DNA of 64,000 nucleotides from NCBI GenBank assembly GCA_008080745.1, contig SHMX01000003.1, positions 94,971 through 158,970 of the forward strand. The letters are read 5' to 3'. Position 1 is the stretch's first letter. Every line of letters starts with the position of its first letter. Under the pieces are notes generated by a model that was not told where the DNA came from, made no database searches, and saw only the letters and a program-made list of their open reading frames with translations. This DNA comes from Candidatus Thorarchaeota archaeon. Lineage in GTDB: Archaea > Asgardarchaeota > Thorarchaeia > Thorarchaeales > Thorarchaeaceae. Shown here one piece after another: positions 38,836 to 49,607 of this stretch. A program made the position numbers and the translations under genes.

Positions 38836-40473
38836 ATGAGTCAACAAGTACCTGTTCTTGTGTTACGCGAGGACACTGAGAGAACCCGAGGCCGCGATGC
38901 TCAAAGGAATAACATTATGGCTGCTGTAGTTATTGCAGAAGCAGTCAAGAGTGCGCTAGGTCCTAAGGGTATGGATAAGATGTTAGTCGATTCTTTTGGC
39001 GACATAACAGTTTCCAATGATGGAGCCACAATTTTGAAGGAGATGGACGTAGCACATCCAGCAGCAAAGATGATTATTGAGGTCGCAAAGACCGTTGATG
39101 CAGAGGTTGGGGATGGAACAACCACTTCTGCTATTCTAGCCGGAGATTTACTCAGGAAAGCAGAAGACCTTCTTGATCAGAAAATTCACCCAACTACAAT
39201 AATCAGTGGATATAGAAAAGCTACCGAGAAGGCCCTAGCTATTGTAGATTCAGCAGCTGAGAAAGTAGACCCAGAGGAGAAGGGATACAAGAAGATCCTC
39301 ATGGACGTTGCAAAGACTTCCATGTCTAGCAAGTTCGTTTCTAACTACCGAGAACACTTGGCTAAGATTGTTGTTGATGCAGTTCTAGCAATTGCAAAAG
39401 ACAAAGCAGCCGGTGACGAAATCGACATTGGTGATATTCCCAGACAGAAGCAAGAGGGATTAGGTGTCGATATGACCATGATGGTAGAAGGACTTGTCTT
39501 GGACAAAGAGATTGTCCATCCAGGTATGCCAACTAAGGCAGAGGGTGCAAAGATTGCACTACTTGAATGTCCCCTTGAAGTCACAAAGACAGAATTCGAT
39601 GCAAAGATTGCTATTTCTGATCCATCCTCAATGCAAAGCTTCCTCGATCAAGAAGAGAGCATGCTAAAAGAGATGGTTGACCAGATAGTAGCAACAGGCG
39701 CTAATGTTGTCATTGCTCAGAAAGGAATTGATGACGTTGTTCAGCATTATCTGGCAAAGAACGGCATCTTGGCAGTACGACGAATCAAGAAATCAGACAT
39801 TGAGAGAATTCACAAGACTACTGGCGCTTCTATTGTTTCAAAGATTAAGAATCTCTCCAAGGATGACCTTGGAAAGGCAAAAATTGTTCAGCAGCGAAAA
39901 GTCGGAGAGGATAAGATGCTCTTTATTGAGGGTACACCAAAGTCCTCCAGTGTAACTCTTCTTGTTAGAGGAGGTACCGATCACATCGTTGATGAAGTTG
40001 ATCGTGCACTAAATGATGCACTCTATGTAGTCAGAGATGTTGTTATGCACCCATACATCACTTACGGTGGTGGTGCATTAGCTAGCGAAATCTCTAAGCA
40101 ACTTAGAGACTTTGCCTCAAGCCTTGAAGGCAGAGAACAATATGCAGTCAACGCTTATGCTGATGCTGTGGAATCACTACCTATCACACTAGCTGAGAAT
40201 GCTGGATTGGACCCAATTGATATTATGGTACAATTGCGCTCAGCTCATACTGAAGGTAAGGTCACCTACGGGCTTGACATCGACAAGGGTAAGGTAGGCG
40301 ATATGAAAAAGGCCAGAGTCACTGAGTCTTCTCTCGTCAACCGACAGATCATCATGTCAGCGGCAGAAGCTGCTCAGATGATTCTAAAGATCGATGACGT
40401 AATATCGAGCAAAGGTGGCGGCATGGGCGGCGGTATGCCCGGCGGACCTGGCGGCGACATGGACGAAGAATAA
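38836..40473 (+). CDS. ths: Thermosome subunit (group II chaperonin)
   Basis: [20 protein letters not shown]-binding motifs; C-terminal [19 protein letters not shown] tail typical of thermosome/CCT. Confidence 0.92.
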   Translation: MSQQVPVLVLREDTERTRGRDAQRNNIMAAVVIAEAVKSALGPKGMDKMLVDSFGDITVSNDGATILKEMDVAHPAAKMIIEVAKTVDAEVGDGTTTSAILAGDLLRKAEDLLDQKIHPTTIISGYRKATEKALAIVDSAAEKVDPEEKGYKKILMDVAKTSMSSKFVSNYREHLAKIVVDAVLAIAKDKAAGDEIDIGDIPRQKQEGLGVDMTMMVEGLVLDKEIVHPGMPTKAEGAKIALLECPLEVTKTEFDAKIAISDPSSMQSFLDQEESMLKEMVDQIVATGANVVIAQKGIDDVVQHYLAKNGILAVRRIKKSDIERIHKTTGASIVSKIKNLSKDDLGKAKIVQQRKVGEDKMLFIEGTPKSSSVTLLVRGGTDHIVDEVDRALNDALYVVRDVVMHPYITYGGGALASEISKQLRDFASSLEGREQYAVNAYADAVESLPITLAENAGLDPIDIMVQLRSAHTEGKVTYGLDIDKGKVGDMKKARVTESSLVNRQIIMSAAEAAQMILKIDDVISSKGGGMGGGMPGGPGGDMDEE

Positions 40474-40488
40474 TCATATTACAAACAC

Positions 40489-40538
40489 AGGATTCAGTTC
40501 GTGGTCTAACCGCGAATGAATCCTTTCAATTCTTTTTT
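40489..40538 (+). terminator. Long hairpin (aggattca...tgaatcct with inner ttcgtgg/ccgcgaa) + T6 tract
   Basis: 8+7 bp nested stem immediately after the thermosome stop, followed by ttcaattctttttt. Confidence 0.5.
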
Positions 40539-40573
40539 ACAATGTTCATAATAATGGATTGATAGAAGAAATA

Positions 40574-41449
40574 TTATTTGACGTGCTCCTTTCGGGTGCG
40601 ATAAGCTTCTCTTAGTTTTTCATGTTCTTGAAACATTCCAGAATCCATGAGATATTTCACGATTCCCCGGTTTAGCTCTTTTGAAACATCTGAAATCCGC
40701 TCACGAAATGCATTAATTATATCAGAATCATTTCGTAACCATTCCAAATGTTTGATGAGAAATACAACATCCAGTAGTCTTTCTTCTTCCCTTATCTCTT
40801 CCAGAATCTGGTTTTTTGAATATAATATCGCATGTTTAAACTCCGAATTATTGCGTAAGTAAGGTATCAATAAGATGAAGGTGCTAATATGCCAATCATT
40901 ACGTATTGTCGCAAAAATGAGGTCTTTTCTAGACAATATAGCGTCCTTGATTACGGGTAAATCTGACAGACCAAAACCCGCTCGAACCAAATTGATTTGA
41001 TAGATAATATCAGGACAAATAGAGAGATTGTAGGCAATTGCATCAAGTATCTGTGGTTTATTATGATAATCTGGAAGAAAGTAAAGAGCTTCAAGAAGTA
41101 ACGAATTTTCACAGCGCTTCAGTGACTTCGCAAAGGAGTTGATCATATCCTGTGATTGCCACAATCCAGAAATTTCTTGAAAACGAACACAGAATAAAAA
41201 ATTGACTTCGTTGTTTAGAAGTACTTCTTGGGTGAGTGAAACGATTTCTTCATCGCTAGAGTAGAGTTCAACGAAGCGATTTTGGTATGTTTTGAGAATT
41301 ACTAGAGGTGATTCAGATTCAATTTCGGATACAGTAGAGAGAGTTTTGAGGGCATCTTTTATTCTTGTATCAATTAAACCTGACATATCGTAAATCAACA
41401 GAATACATCTCTCATTTATAGATTTTCTACTTGTTATCCTTGAGCGCAA
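40574..41449 (-). CDS. Hypothetical helical-repeat (HEAT/ARM-like) protein, 291 aa
   Basis: Leu-rich repeated helical pattern; no catalytic motif. Confidence 0.45.
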   Translation of the reverse strand: MRSRITSRKSINERCILLIYDMSGLIDTRIKDALKTLSTVSEIESESPLVILKTYQNRFVELYSSDEEIVSLTQEVLLNNEVNFLFCVRFQEISGLWQSQDMINSFAKSLKRCENSLLLEALYFLPDYHNKPQILDAIAYNLSICPDIIYQINLVRAGFGLSDLPVIKDAILSRKDLIFATIRNDWHISTFILLIPYLRNNSEFKHAILYSKNQILEEIREEERLLDVVFLIKHLEWLRNDSDIINAFRERISDVSKELNRGIVKYLMDSGMFQEHEKLREAYRTRKEHVK

Positions 41450-41485
41450 TTCAATGAGTATGAAAGATTATTGGAGTGGTTTTAG

Positions 41486-41638
41486 TTATACAGCAACCAT
41501 GTCAGACTTGATCTCTTCAAAAAGTGATTCATATTCTTCACGCTGTTCGTCGCTAATGTATGAGAGGACCGCGAATTTTGGCAGTGTTTCTAAATAGAGA
41601 GGATTCTCATTCATTAACCGAGCTTCAAGATTAATCAT
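41486..41638 (-). CDS. Possible 50-aa small ORF (MINLEARLMNENPLYLETLPKFAVLSYISDEQREEYESLFEEIKSDMVAV)
   Basis: ATG-to-TAA ORF in the 556-bp divergent spacer, below the track size cutoff; no other support. Confidence 0.15.
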   Translation of the reverse strand: MINLEARLMNENPLYLETLPKFAVLSYISDEQREEYESLFEEIKSDMVAV

Positions 41639-42005
41639 CAAAAATCATCACTGCATGAAAGGATATAGAGACTTTCAGAATACCACAATACAGCTTTAAG
41701 AGAAGACTTTTATGGACACCCAAAAGCTTTTCTTTTCATAGTTTTGCAGGACATAGCTGGAGTACCGCAAGCTGGTTCTGTGGAGGAATCGGTTAATGAG
41801 TTGGTGTTTGAGCAAAATTTCACAACATGAAGAAGAAAAGATACAAATGAATATTGAATTCTGGATTCATGTTGCTCATGCCAAACTCATTATGAATCAA
41901 ATGTTGATAGCTGAAAAGCCAATAGAACTACTCAGTCCAAAGGATTTGGATAACGGCTTCAACGGATAGAAAGAGTCAAACGGGATAAGGAAAAGGGTGT
42001 AATTC

Positions 42006-42665
42006 ATGTCAAAAGGCTCAAAAAAGGATAAGAAAGAGAAAAAGGAGCTAACCGAGGAGCAACGAAAACGGCTTCTCACGTACGTCCCTGGAGTGGGACC
42101 CAAGACAGCTGAGAAGCTTACTGAGGCTGGTTATGGTGAACTAGATAATCTCAGCGCCGCTGACCCAGAAGCTCTTGCAGAAGCTGTCACGGGTCTAAGC
42201 GTGTCTAAGGCAGAAGGTGTGATATCGGAAGCTGTTGATCTCAAGAAGCTGGTTGATGAAGGAAAATTTGACCCAACATCTCCCAGACGAAGAAGACGTA
42301 GAGCTCCCGAGCCAGACCCCGATGTTCATGAACTTCCTCCAGCTCAGGAAGTTAAAGCTCCTGAAGAGATTACGTCCATTGAAACGGGCCTCGAGGTAGA
42401 TAACAAGGAGATGGGAATACCCGCAGGGCCAAAGTGGTTGACCCGCTTTGAAAGAGCAAGAATCGTTGGAGCACGTGCCCTTCAGATATCAATGGGCGCA
42501 CCAGTACTAGTTGATATGAATACTGCTCCCAAAGAGGTCTTTGCTTTAGCTGAGGCAGAATTGAAGAATGGAGTGCTTCCCATGACCGTTCGAAGATCGC
42601 TCCCTACTGGGGAAACCTTTGATATTCCATTAAAAGTTCTATTAGAGAATACGAGGCTGGACTGA
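42006..42665 (+). CDS. rpoK: RNA polymerase subunit Rpo6/RpoK (omega/Rpb6 family) with about 140-aa N-terminal Lys-rich + HhH extension
   Basis: C-terminal [29 protein letters not shown]...[16 protein letters not shown] is the conserved Rpo6 core. N-terminus [36 protein letters not shown] (HhH), then [13 protein letters not shown]. Confidence 0.7.
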   Translation: MSKGSKKDKKEKKELTEEQRKRLLTYVPGVGPKTAEKLTEAGYGELDNLSAADPEALAEAVTGLSVSKAEGVISEAVDLKKLVDEGKFDPTSPRRRRRRAPEPDPDVHELPPAQEVKAPEEITSIETGLEVDNKEMGIPAGPKWLTRFERARIVGARALQISMGAPVLVDMNTAPKEVFALAEAELKNGVLPMTVRRSLPTGETFDIPLKVLLENTRLD

Positions 42666-42765
42666 TTCCGGTCTCTTTATCCCTCTATCCAAAGATAATA
42701 TATCCGTAACAATACTGCTTAAATGTCAGCAATTACTGATATTTTGGTCCAGACGAAGTGATTGC

Positions 42766-44100
42766 ATGCAAATCTTGTTCCTCAGTCCCGATTTAGTGAT
42801 TCGAATCATACTCGGTTTTGCAGTGGGTGCACTAATCGGATTAGAACGGCAAAAGCGAATGAGAGATGACCACTCTCTGGGAGTACGGTCTTTCGGACTT
42901 CATAGCCTACTTGGTTGTCTTGCAGCTTATTCATTCATTATCTCTGGAAATCCTTTGGTATTATTTTATGCCACTGCAGTTTCCTTGATAATTTTGGCAG
43001 CTCAGATTTCCTACAAGCTCTTCAGGACAATGAGAAAGGGAATGACTACCTCCATTGTGTTTGCATTATCTTTTGTACTGGGGGCTTTGGTAGGATTAGA
43101 TGCACCACCCACACCTCCAAATCTTATTGGACCTCTGCAACTTCTAGCTATGACAATTTCATTCATGGTGTTTCTAGTATTGGGATTTAAAGAAGAACTC
43201 GCATCAGCAGTTGCAATGGTTGAGAGAGACGAGTTAATCAGTGCAGCAGAGCTCGGAGTGATTATTCTCTTTCTTTGGCCTCTGATTCCTCAATCGATAA
43301 TGATTGGTCCAATAGATTTCCCAGTTTTCCAGATTTACATTCTTGTTGTAATTCTCTTATCAATCAGTTTTGCAAACTACATTTTAGTTAAAAAGTACAA
43401 AGACAAGGGTACATATTTCTTCGGACTGTTTGGAGGATTTGCAAATAGTGAAGCAACAGTTACCAGTCTTACGGATTTTCATTGTAGAACTGGAAGGAAA
43501 CATCCAGATAGAATAGCCGTTTCCGCGATGTTTGCAAATCTTGCAATGGTTATTAGAAATGCAGCTCTTATATTAATCATCGATCCAAGTGTTGCAATTC
43601 TCCGATTCTATGCAGTACCCGTTATTATTCTAATAAGTCTAGGATTCTTTAGGGGATTGCATGTACGGCGTAGCAACATTATAGATTCTGAGGAAGACGA
43701 GGAGATCGATACAACCAAAATATCGCCATTTGAGTTCACAGCAGCACTTAGATTCGCCATTGTCTTTACTGGTGTTTCACTTGTTTCTTTATTGTTACAA
43801 GAATTTCTCAGTGATGCAGGTATACTTCTTGCAGCTATTATTGGAGGATTTGCCTCAGCAGGAGCTGTTGTTGCAGTAGCTGCATTGGCTTATACAAATG
43901 GAACAGTCATTCTAGCCACTGCTGTTTTTGCAGTTATTATAGCCACAACTATGTCTGTTCTAAACAAAATCATCTATGTTTATGCGGCTGATAGAGACCA
44001 TCTATTGGCAAAGAAAGTAGCCATGGATTCTCTGACCTTAGCAACAGGAGTTTTGGTTTATATTCTGCTCCTAGCTTCAGGATTAATCCAAATATTCTAA
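42766..44100 (+). CDS. MgtC/SapB-family membrane protein with DUF4010-like C-terminal half
   Basis: N-terminal GFAVGALIGLERQKR (MgtC GxxxGxERE-type motif); about 12 TM total. Confidence 0.6.
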   Translation: MQILFLSPDLVIRIILGFAVGALIGLERQKRMRDDHSLGVRSFGLHSLLGCLAAYSFIISGNPLVLFYATAVSLIILAAQISYKLFRTMRKGMTTSIVFALSFVLGALVGLDAPPTPPNLIGPLQLLAMTISFMVFLVLGFKEELASAVAMVERDELISAAELGVIILFLWPLIPQSIMIGPIDFPVFQIYILVVILLSISFANYILVKKYKDKGTYFFGLFGGFANSEATVTSLTDFHCRTGRKHPDRIAVSAMFANLAMVIRNAALILIIDPSVAILRFYAVPVIILISLGFFRGLHVRRSNIIDSEEDEEIDTTKISPFEFTAALRFAIVFTGVSLVSLLLQEFLSDAGILLAAIIGGFASAGAVVAVAALAYTNGTVILATAVFAVIIATTMSVLNKIIYVYAADRDHLLAKKVAMDSLTLATGVLVYILLLASGLIQIF

Positions 44101-44194
44101 CCTACACAAAAGGACTACAACGAGGGAAATACTTTCGGAATCACCGTTAACTGCTTGTGTAAGTTCTAAAGAAATAGTTCATAAATAAACGATA

Positions 44195-44665
44195 ATGAAG
44201 GTATATCAGTTAATAGGTATAATATTGGAGCGAATATGGTTGACGGAGCAGCATTCAGATCTTATTAGATATGCCCGAGAGTCCATAGATTCAGACAAAC
44301 ATGAGGATGATATGCATCCTTTCTCATTGTATGTATGTGAGGTGTGTTTGAAATATACACCCCTCGAAATAACACTCAGATTCAACACCGACCAAGTTTT
44401 GTTACCTCTGAATTCCTTCATTGGACATATTCAAGGAAAATGCAGTTCATGTGGCAAGACCACTCTGCTTATGAGTAATAGTGATGAAGATGATACGACC
44501 AGTAGAATTTTTCCTGTTTGTTCTTGTGGAAGCAAGCAATTTATTGCAGGCATGTGTGAACGAATTCAGGGAGAGAAAGGTATCCCTGGATTATTCGAAA
44601 AGAGAGTAATCGTGGCTAAATGCGCTCGATGCTCCAAAATACAGACAATTGCATTCACTGAGTGA
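44195..44665 (+). CDS. Cys-rich hypothetical protein (156 aa), probable zinc binder
   Basis: CEVC, CSSCGK, CSCGSK, CARCSK pairs. Confidence 0.4.
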   Translation: MKVYQLIGIILERIWLTEQHSDLIRYARESIDSDKHEDDMHPFSLYVCEVCLKYTPLEITLRFNTDQVLLPLNSFIGHIQGKCSSCGKTTLLMSNSDEDDTTSRIFPVCSCGSKQFIAGMCERIQGEKGIPGLFEKRVIVAKCARCSKIQTIAFTE

Positions 44666-44812
44666 TTTCGTAACATTTATAGTTAAAATGTGAGGGTGAA
44701 GTTTTGGTGACAATATGATAGCTGGTGGCTTAGTTCATCAATTGGAATAAACTGCTTAGTGTTAGTAAGGCTACCCGCACCTGTTACCGGAACGATTTCT
44801 GGAGACGATACA

Positions 44813-46123
44813 ATGAGTGAAATGAGAACAGTACGCGGTATGCGAGACCTGATGGGGTCTGAGATGCGTGTGAAAGATTACCTAGTTCAAACAGTAACAG
44901 ACGTCTTCCAGCTATTCGGGTACGAATCGCTCGATTCACCGGTAATGGAATTGTGGGAAACCCTCTCTGCAAAGGGTGGAGAAGATGTGGAAGCAGAGGT
45001 TTTCAAGTTCACAGATAAAGGCGACCGTGAAGTTGGTATGCGTTTTGATTTGACTGTTCCTCTGGCAAGAATAGTATCATCTAATCCACATTTACCTAAA
45101 CCATTCAAAAGATATGCAATAGGTAAGGCATGGAGATATGATAGACCCCAAGCAGGAAGATATCGAGAGTTCATGCAAGCAGATGTAGATGTGATTGGAT
45201 CTGATAGTCCCGTTGCGGATACTGAGGTTGTAATGGTAGCACTTGAGGCACTGCGCAGATTGTTGGGGAGTGACTACCAAGTTAGAATCAATAGTCGTAA
45301 AGTACTCAAAGGTCTAACTGAACGAGCAGGTGTTGCTGATGATTTAGCATTCGATTGCTTCAGGGCAATAGATAAGCTCGATAAAATTGGTAGAAATGGA
45401 GTATTAGATGAATTGGAAGAACGGGGTATCGATGATTCCGCGAGTGATTTTCTTCTGGATTCTATTACGCTTCGTGGAAGCGGTAGGACCATCCTTGAGG
45501 ATTTTATGTCCGTAATGGAAGGTTCGAATGTTGGAGCACAGGGTGTTCAAGAGCTAATGGTAATGGCAGATATCTTTGATGAATGCGAGGTTGCGAATCA
45601 AATCAAATTCGACCTCTCATTAGCAAGAGGATTAGATTACTATACAGGACCCGTCTTTGAAGTTGCATACTTGGGAGAACCAGAGGTTGGATCTATCGGT
45701 GGTGGAGGAAGATATGACCATCTAATTGGCAAATTTGGTGGACCCGACACCCCAGCAACAGGAATATCCCTTGGGATCGACCGTTTGCTTGATATATTGC
45801 TGGCAAAGAATATAGAAGAAAAGATGGACTCACCAATCAGTGTGTTCATAGCTCCAATCAAGCAACCAATGGTTAAACACGGAATGAAAATCATGAGGAG
45901 TCTTGTCGAGGTAGGAATTCCATGTGAGATTGATCTGATGGATCGACCGTTAGGAAAACTTCTAAGTCTTTCAGACGATAGAGGTGCACAGTACACCATC
46001 ATCGTTGGTAAAAGGGACCTTCAGAAGAATGAGGTTTCACTTAGAGATATGACTACTAAGGAAACGGAACAGGTCGATATAGATAATATCGTAACTCGAA
46101 TGAAGAGTCTTCTGGGCAAATAG
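44813..46123 (+). CDS. hisS: Histidyl-tRNA synthetase
   Basis: MSEMRTVRGMRDL start, class-II motifs (FKRYAIGKAWRYDRPQAGRYREFMQADVD; GGGRYDHLIGKF), C-terminal anticodon-binding domain; the track ORF begins upstream at a non-ATG codon (44759). Confidence 0.9.
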   Translation: MSEMRTVRGMRDLMGSEMRVKDYLVQTVTDVFQLFGYESLDSPVMELWETLSAKGGEDVEAEVFKFTDKGDREVGMRFDLTVPLARIVSSNPHLPKPFKRYAIGKAWRYDRPQAGRYREFMQADVDVIGSDSPVADTEVVMVALEALRRLLGSDYQVRINSRKVLKGLTERAGVADDLAFDCFRAIDKLDKIGRNGVLDELEERGIDDSASDFLLDSITLRGSGRTILEDFMSVMEGSNVGAQGVQELMVMADIFDECEVANQIKFDLSLARGLDYYTGPVFEVAYLGEPEVGSIGGGGRYDHLIGKFGGPDTPATGISLGIDRLLDILLAKNIEEKMDSPISVFIAPIKQPMVKHGMKIMRSLVEVGIPCEIDLMDRPLGKLLSLSDDRGAQYTIIVGKRDLQKNEVSLRDMTTKETEQVDIDNIVTRMKSLLGK

Positions 46124-46197
46124 CAGAGATGCGAGGGGTCATCGTACCTACTCGCATTTCCAAAGCCTTTTTTCATAGAGTGTATTATGTATTAAGC

Positions 46198-47034
46198 ATG
46201 ACACGAATGCCGGTAGTAGCTGGAAGATTCTATGAAGGGACTGAAGAAACTCTAATGCCTAGATTGAAAGATAGTTTTCTGAAAGGAATGGGCCCCGGAG
46301 AGCTTCCTGATGGTCCCCCAGGAGAAAAGAATGAAATCAAAGCGCTAATCGCACCTCATGCTGGTTATGTTTATTCTGGAATGACAGCAGCTCATGCTTA
46401 CCTAGAACTATTCAAAGATAAAGTTCCAGAACATTTGGTGATATTGGGTCCAAACCATACTGGCATTGGAAAGACTGTAGCGGTATGTGAAGAGGATTGG
46501 AAAACTCCCTTGGGATTAGTTTCATATGATACTGAACTCGGTCCAGCAATAATACAAGAAGACAAGTATGCACAATCTGATTGTATAGCACACAATTCTG
46601 AACATTCTATTGAGGTACAATTGCCATTCCTTCAGTACATATACGGAGGATTGAGCTTCGTGCCGATATGTATGGGTACACAGAAGTATGAGATATGTGA
46701 ATCACTAGGAAAGACATTAGCAAAATTAAGCGAAGAAATGGAAATAACTATCATCGCGAGTTCTGATTTTACACATTTCGAATCTGCTGAAAGCGCTAAG
46801 AAGAAAGATAATCAAGCAATGGAATATCTTGAGTTTCTTGATGCAAAAGGATTCCTAGATTTTGTTACAAGTCATAAAGTTAGTATATGTGGTGCTGCAC
46901 CCATCGCTACTGCCACGGTATTTGCAAAAGAGATGGGCGCTACACGATTCAATCTGCTCAAGTATACAAATTCAGGAGATGTAACCGGAAACAAGAATGA
47001 CGTTGTGGCTTATGTAGCAGCAGAGTATATCTAA
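46198..47034 (+). CDS. Memo-like protein (AmmeMemoRadiSam system protein B homolog)
   Basis: MTRMPVVAGRFY, APHAGYVYSG, HSIEVQLPFLQ motifs of the Memo1 family; 5 nt after the hisS stop. Confidence 0.7.
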   Translation: MTRMPVVAGRFYEGTEETLMPRLKDSFLKGMGPGELPDGPPGEKNEIKALIAPHAGYVYSGMTAAHAYLELFKDKVPEHLVILGPNHTGIGKTVAVCEEDWKTPLGLVSYDTELGPAIIQEDKYAQSDCIAHNSEHSIEVQLPFLQYIYGGLSFVPICMGTQKYEICESLGKTLAKLSEEMEITIIASSDFTHFESAESAKKKDNQAMEYLEFLDAKGFLDFVTSHKVSICGAAPIATATVFAKEMGATRFNLLKYTNSGDVTGNKNDVVAYVAAEYI

Positions 47035-48329
47035 TCCGTAATAGACTCTTCTTCAGTTTCACACATACCCTCCAATTGAACATCTCGTGGTAAACCAATC
47101 CCACCTGCAAATGCACCAAAGAAGGAGACCATGGCAGCTACACCTAAGGCAGATATTGAATCACCGGATGTATCAAACAAATATCCACCTAATAGAGGTC
47201 CAACCACATATGCACTATTACTAATAGCTCCAAATGCACCCATGACACTGCCATAGACACGCTCATCGCAGAGATCTCCAATGAGAGCTTGAATTGTAGG
47301 TCCGCGCATTGAAATTGCAAGACCAAGAATCATACCTGCTATATAGAAGCCTGTGAGGTTGGAAGCAATCATGAATAGGTATAGAGACACTCCACCCATA
47401 GTAGCTCCAGCCACTATTAGCCATTTTCTTCCAATTCGATCAGATATCTTACCAAATCCAATGTTACCAATTATAGTAATGACTCCAATAACACCGAAGA
47501 AACCTCCAATCTCAATAGGCTCGATGCCAAATCTCTGGACAGCATCAAGCATGAAAGCGACCTCAAGAATTCCAAAAGCGAACATATTAGCAAACATAGA
47601 TACAGTCAATGCAAAGTACGCTTTTGGTTGAGTCTGGAAAACCTCCAATACAGATATTTCACTGGTTAATGATGGTGTTGCCATCCGCTTAACTGATTGG
47701 GGTGGTTCCTTAATGAGAATTTGAATGGCAATGACAGTCAGTAGAGTACCAATGGCTGCAATTACGAATGGAAGTCTGATGCCGAGAAATTGAGCCAGTA
47801 CCCCTCCAAGAGTAGGACCAATTACAAATCCAACCATGTTTCCCGTACTGAGATAACCCATGGCGGTTCCTCTATTCTCGGGTGTGGTCAAATCAGATAC
47901 AAATGCATTTGCTGCAGGATAGAACCCTGCAGAGACCGCTCCTTCAAGAGCCCTGGCACCAATCATAACAAAAATGGTATCGGCCATTGCATAAATCAAA
48001 TTTGCAATTGCAAATCCCACTAATGCACCAATTAGAACAGGTTTTCTTCCTATCCTATCTGACATTCCACCCATTGGACCTGCAAGAAAAATTCTTGTTA
48101 GAGCGAAAGATGCTGCAAGCACACCCAACTCGAAAGCTCCAACCCCTAATGCATCAATGTAATATGGAAAGATTGGAGTGACTATGCCGAAACCAATCTG
48201 AAGTAAAGCTAGTGAAAAGGCTAGCATTAAGACCTGACGAATACCACTTGTAGAAAGTGGAATTTCCTCTGATTCAATAGGAGTTTCCGGTGCGAGTGCA
48301 GACTCTTCTATTGTATCATCTGGATCCAT
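47031..48329 (-). CDS. MFS transporter
   Basis: 12 TM; GPMGGMSDRIGRKPVL (MFS motif A) after TM2 and a repeat (FGKISDRIGRKWL) after TM8. Confidence 0.8.
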   Translation of the reverse strand: MDPDDTIEESALAPETPIESEEIPLSTSGIRQVLMLAFSLALLQIGFGIVTPIFPYYIDALGVGAFELGVLAASFALTRIFLAGPMGGMSDRIGRKPVLIGALVGFAIANLIYAMADTIFVMIGARALEGAVSAGFYPAANAFVSDLTTPENRGTAMGYLSTGNMVGFVIGPTLGGVLAQFLGIRLPFVIAAIGTLLTVIAIQILIKEPPQSVKRMATPSLTSEISVLEVFQTQPKAYFALTVSMFANMFAFGILEVAFMLDAVQRFGIEPIEIGGFFGVIGVITIIGNIGFGKISDRIGRKWLIVAGATMGGVSLYLFMIASNLTGFYIAGMILGLAISMRGPTIQALIGDLCDERVYGSVMGAFGAISNSAYVVGPLLGGYLFDTSGDSISALGVAAMVSFFGAFAGGIGLPRDVQLEGMCETEEESITD

Positions 48330-48390
48330 AGGTAAAAACGCCTAAGCAATAGCACTACGATTGCTTTTTCAACCTTATCAAAGAGCTCCG

Positions 48391-48978
48391 TTATCGATTT
48401 ATAATAACCCTGCTTACACCACTGATTTCTGTGAGATTTTCTATAATAGCGCCTTTCAAAGGTTCATCTGTAATGACCTTCAAACATGGTTCAGGATAGA
48501 TCTCCATATCTTCAGCAATTACCTGACGTATTGGAATACCATATCCTGCAATGGTTGATGTAACTTCGGAAACGATACCAGGATTTTCAGGAGATTTTAC
48601 ATAAATTGTGATAAAACCATGTCCAAGCACTTCACTAACCTTTTCAAGTGATGGACCTGCAGGTTCTATTCGTGAGAAAAATTCGAACAGTTTTTTTGCT
48701 TCGCTTGTTCCCGAACAGATATCTTCAGTGGTAGCGCGAACTGTTCTCCTATCAATATCAAGGGCATCAGCAAGGGACTTCAAAGGGATTTTGACGGAAC
48801 GGCATTGAATTCTTCCCTTACCTGTAATCTTGAATCCATGACGAATTATTGCCTGAGCCACTTGTAATCTTTGAGGTGAATCCTTGAAGAATTCCGATAT
48901 CTCTTCCCACATTATAAATACGCCACCTAATTTGAGGATATTTCCATATAGTTGTTCTCCAATATCAACTTTCGGCAA
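48391..48978 (-). CDS. Putative regulator with N-terminal HTH-like and C-terminal ACT-like domain (COG2150-like)
   Basis: Architecture and GIVSEVTSTIAGYGIPIRQV ACT-like segment. Confidence 0.4.
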   Translation of the reverse strand: MPKVDIGEQLYGNILKLGGVFIMWEEISEFFKDSPQRLQVAQAIIRHGFKITGKGRIQCRSVKIPLKSLADALDIDRRTVRATTEDICSGTSEAKKLFEFFSRIEPAGPSLEKVSEVLGHGFITIYVKSPENPGIVSEVTSTIAGYGIPIRQVIAEDMEIYPEPCLKVITDEPLKGAIIENLTEISGVSRVIINR

Positions 48979-49001
48979 AAAAGAAAATGTTTGAATTATA
49001 T

Positions 49002-49607
49002 CTAAACGAGTAGTTTCTCCATTAATACCTCGTCAATAAATCCGTGATCCATATTGAAATGATCCTTTCGAACCCCCACTGTCCGGTAACCTACAGATTC
49101 GTACAGTGCTCTTGCAACCTCATTGTCGTGAAATGTGCTCAGAATTATCTTGAAGTAACCAATTTGTTTTGCCGCAAATTCTGATGAAACCATAAGTCCG
49201 TGACCAACGCCAATATGTCTGAATTCCTTCACTACGATTATTCCTAATTTTGCAACATGCTTTGATGCCATCCATTCTTCAGGTTGTAAGGTGAGATGAC
49301 CTGCATATTCCCCATCCACCTCTGCAATCATCAGTATATCTCGTGTACGATAGGTCCTTTGAATCCAGTTAACCCAATCAGCCACTGTTGCGTTAACATG
49401 AAATGTTGGAAGCCATTTACCTTCTTCAACGACTGCACCAAAACCGTCATAGAGATTTTTTGCGTCCTCGGGTTTAGCATGGCGAACTAATACCGTCCGT
49501 CCATCCTTTAGCGAATGTTCCCAAGAACTCAATATCTTAACCTCAAAGTGTGAGTCAATGTTCCTAGAAAAAGCGTTGTGGTGTGTAACATTCTTATTTG
49601 GGGTCAA
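49002..49607 (-). CDS. GNAT family N-acetyltransferase
   Basis: FRHIGVGHGLM and ALYESVGYRTVG GNAT motifs. Confidence 0.6.
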   Translation of the reverse strand: MTPNKNVTHHNAFSRNIDSHFEVKILSSWEHSLKDGRTVLVRHAKPEDAKNLYDGFGAVVEEGKWLPTFHVNATVADWVNWIQRTYRTRDILMIAEVDGEYAGHLTLQPEEWMASKHVAKLGIIVVKEFRHIGVGHGLMVSSEFAAKQIGYFKIILSTFHDNEVARALYESVGYRTVGVRKDHFNMDHGFIDEVLMEKLLV

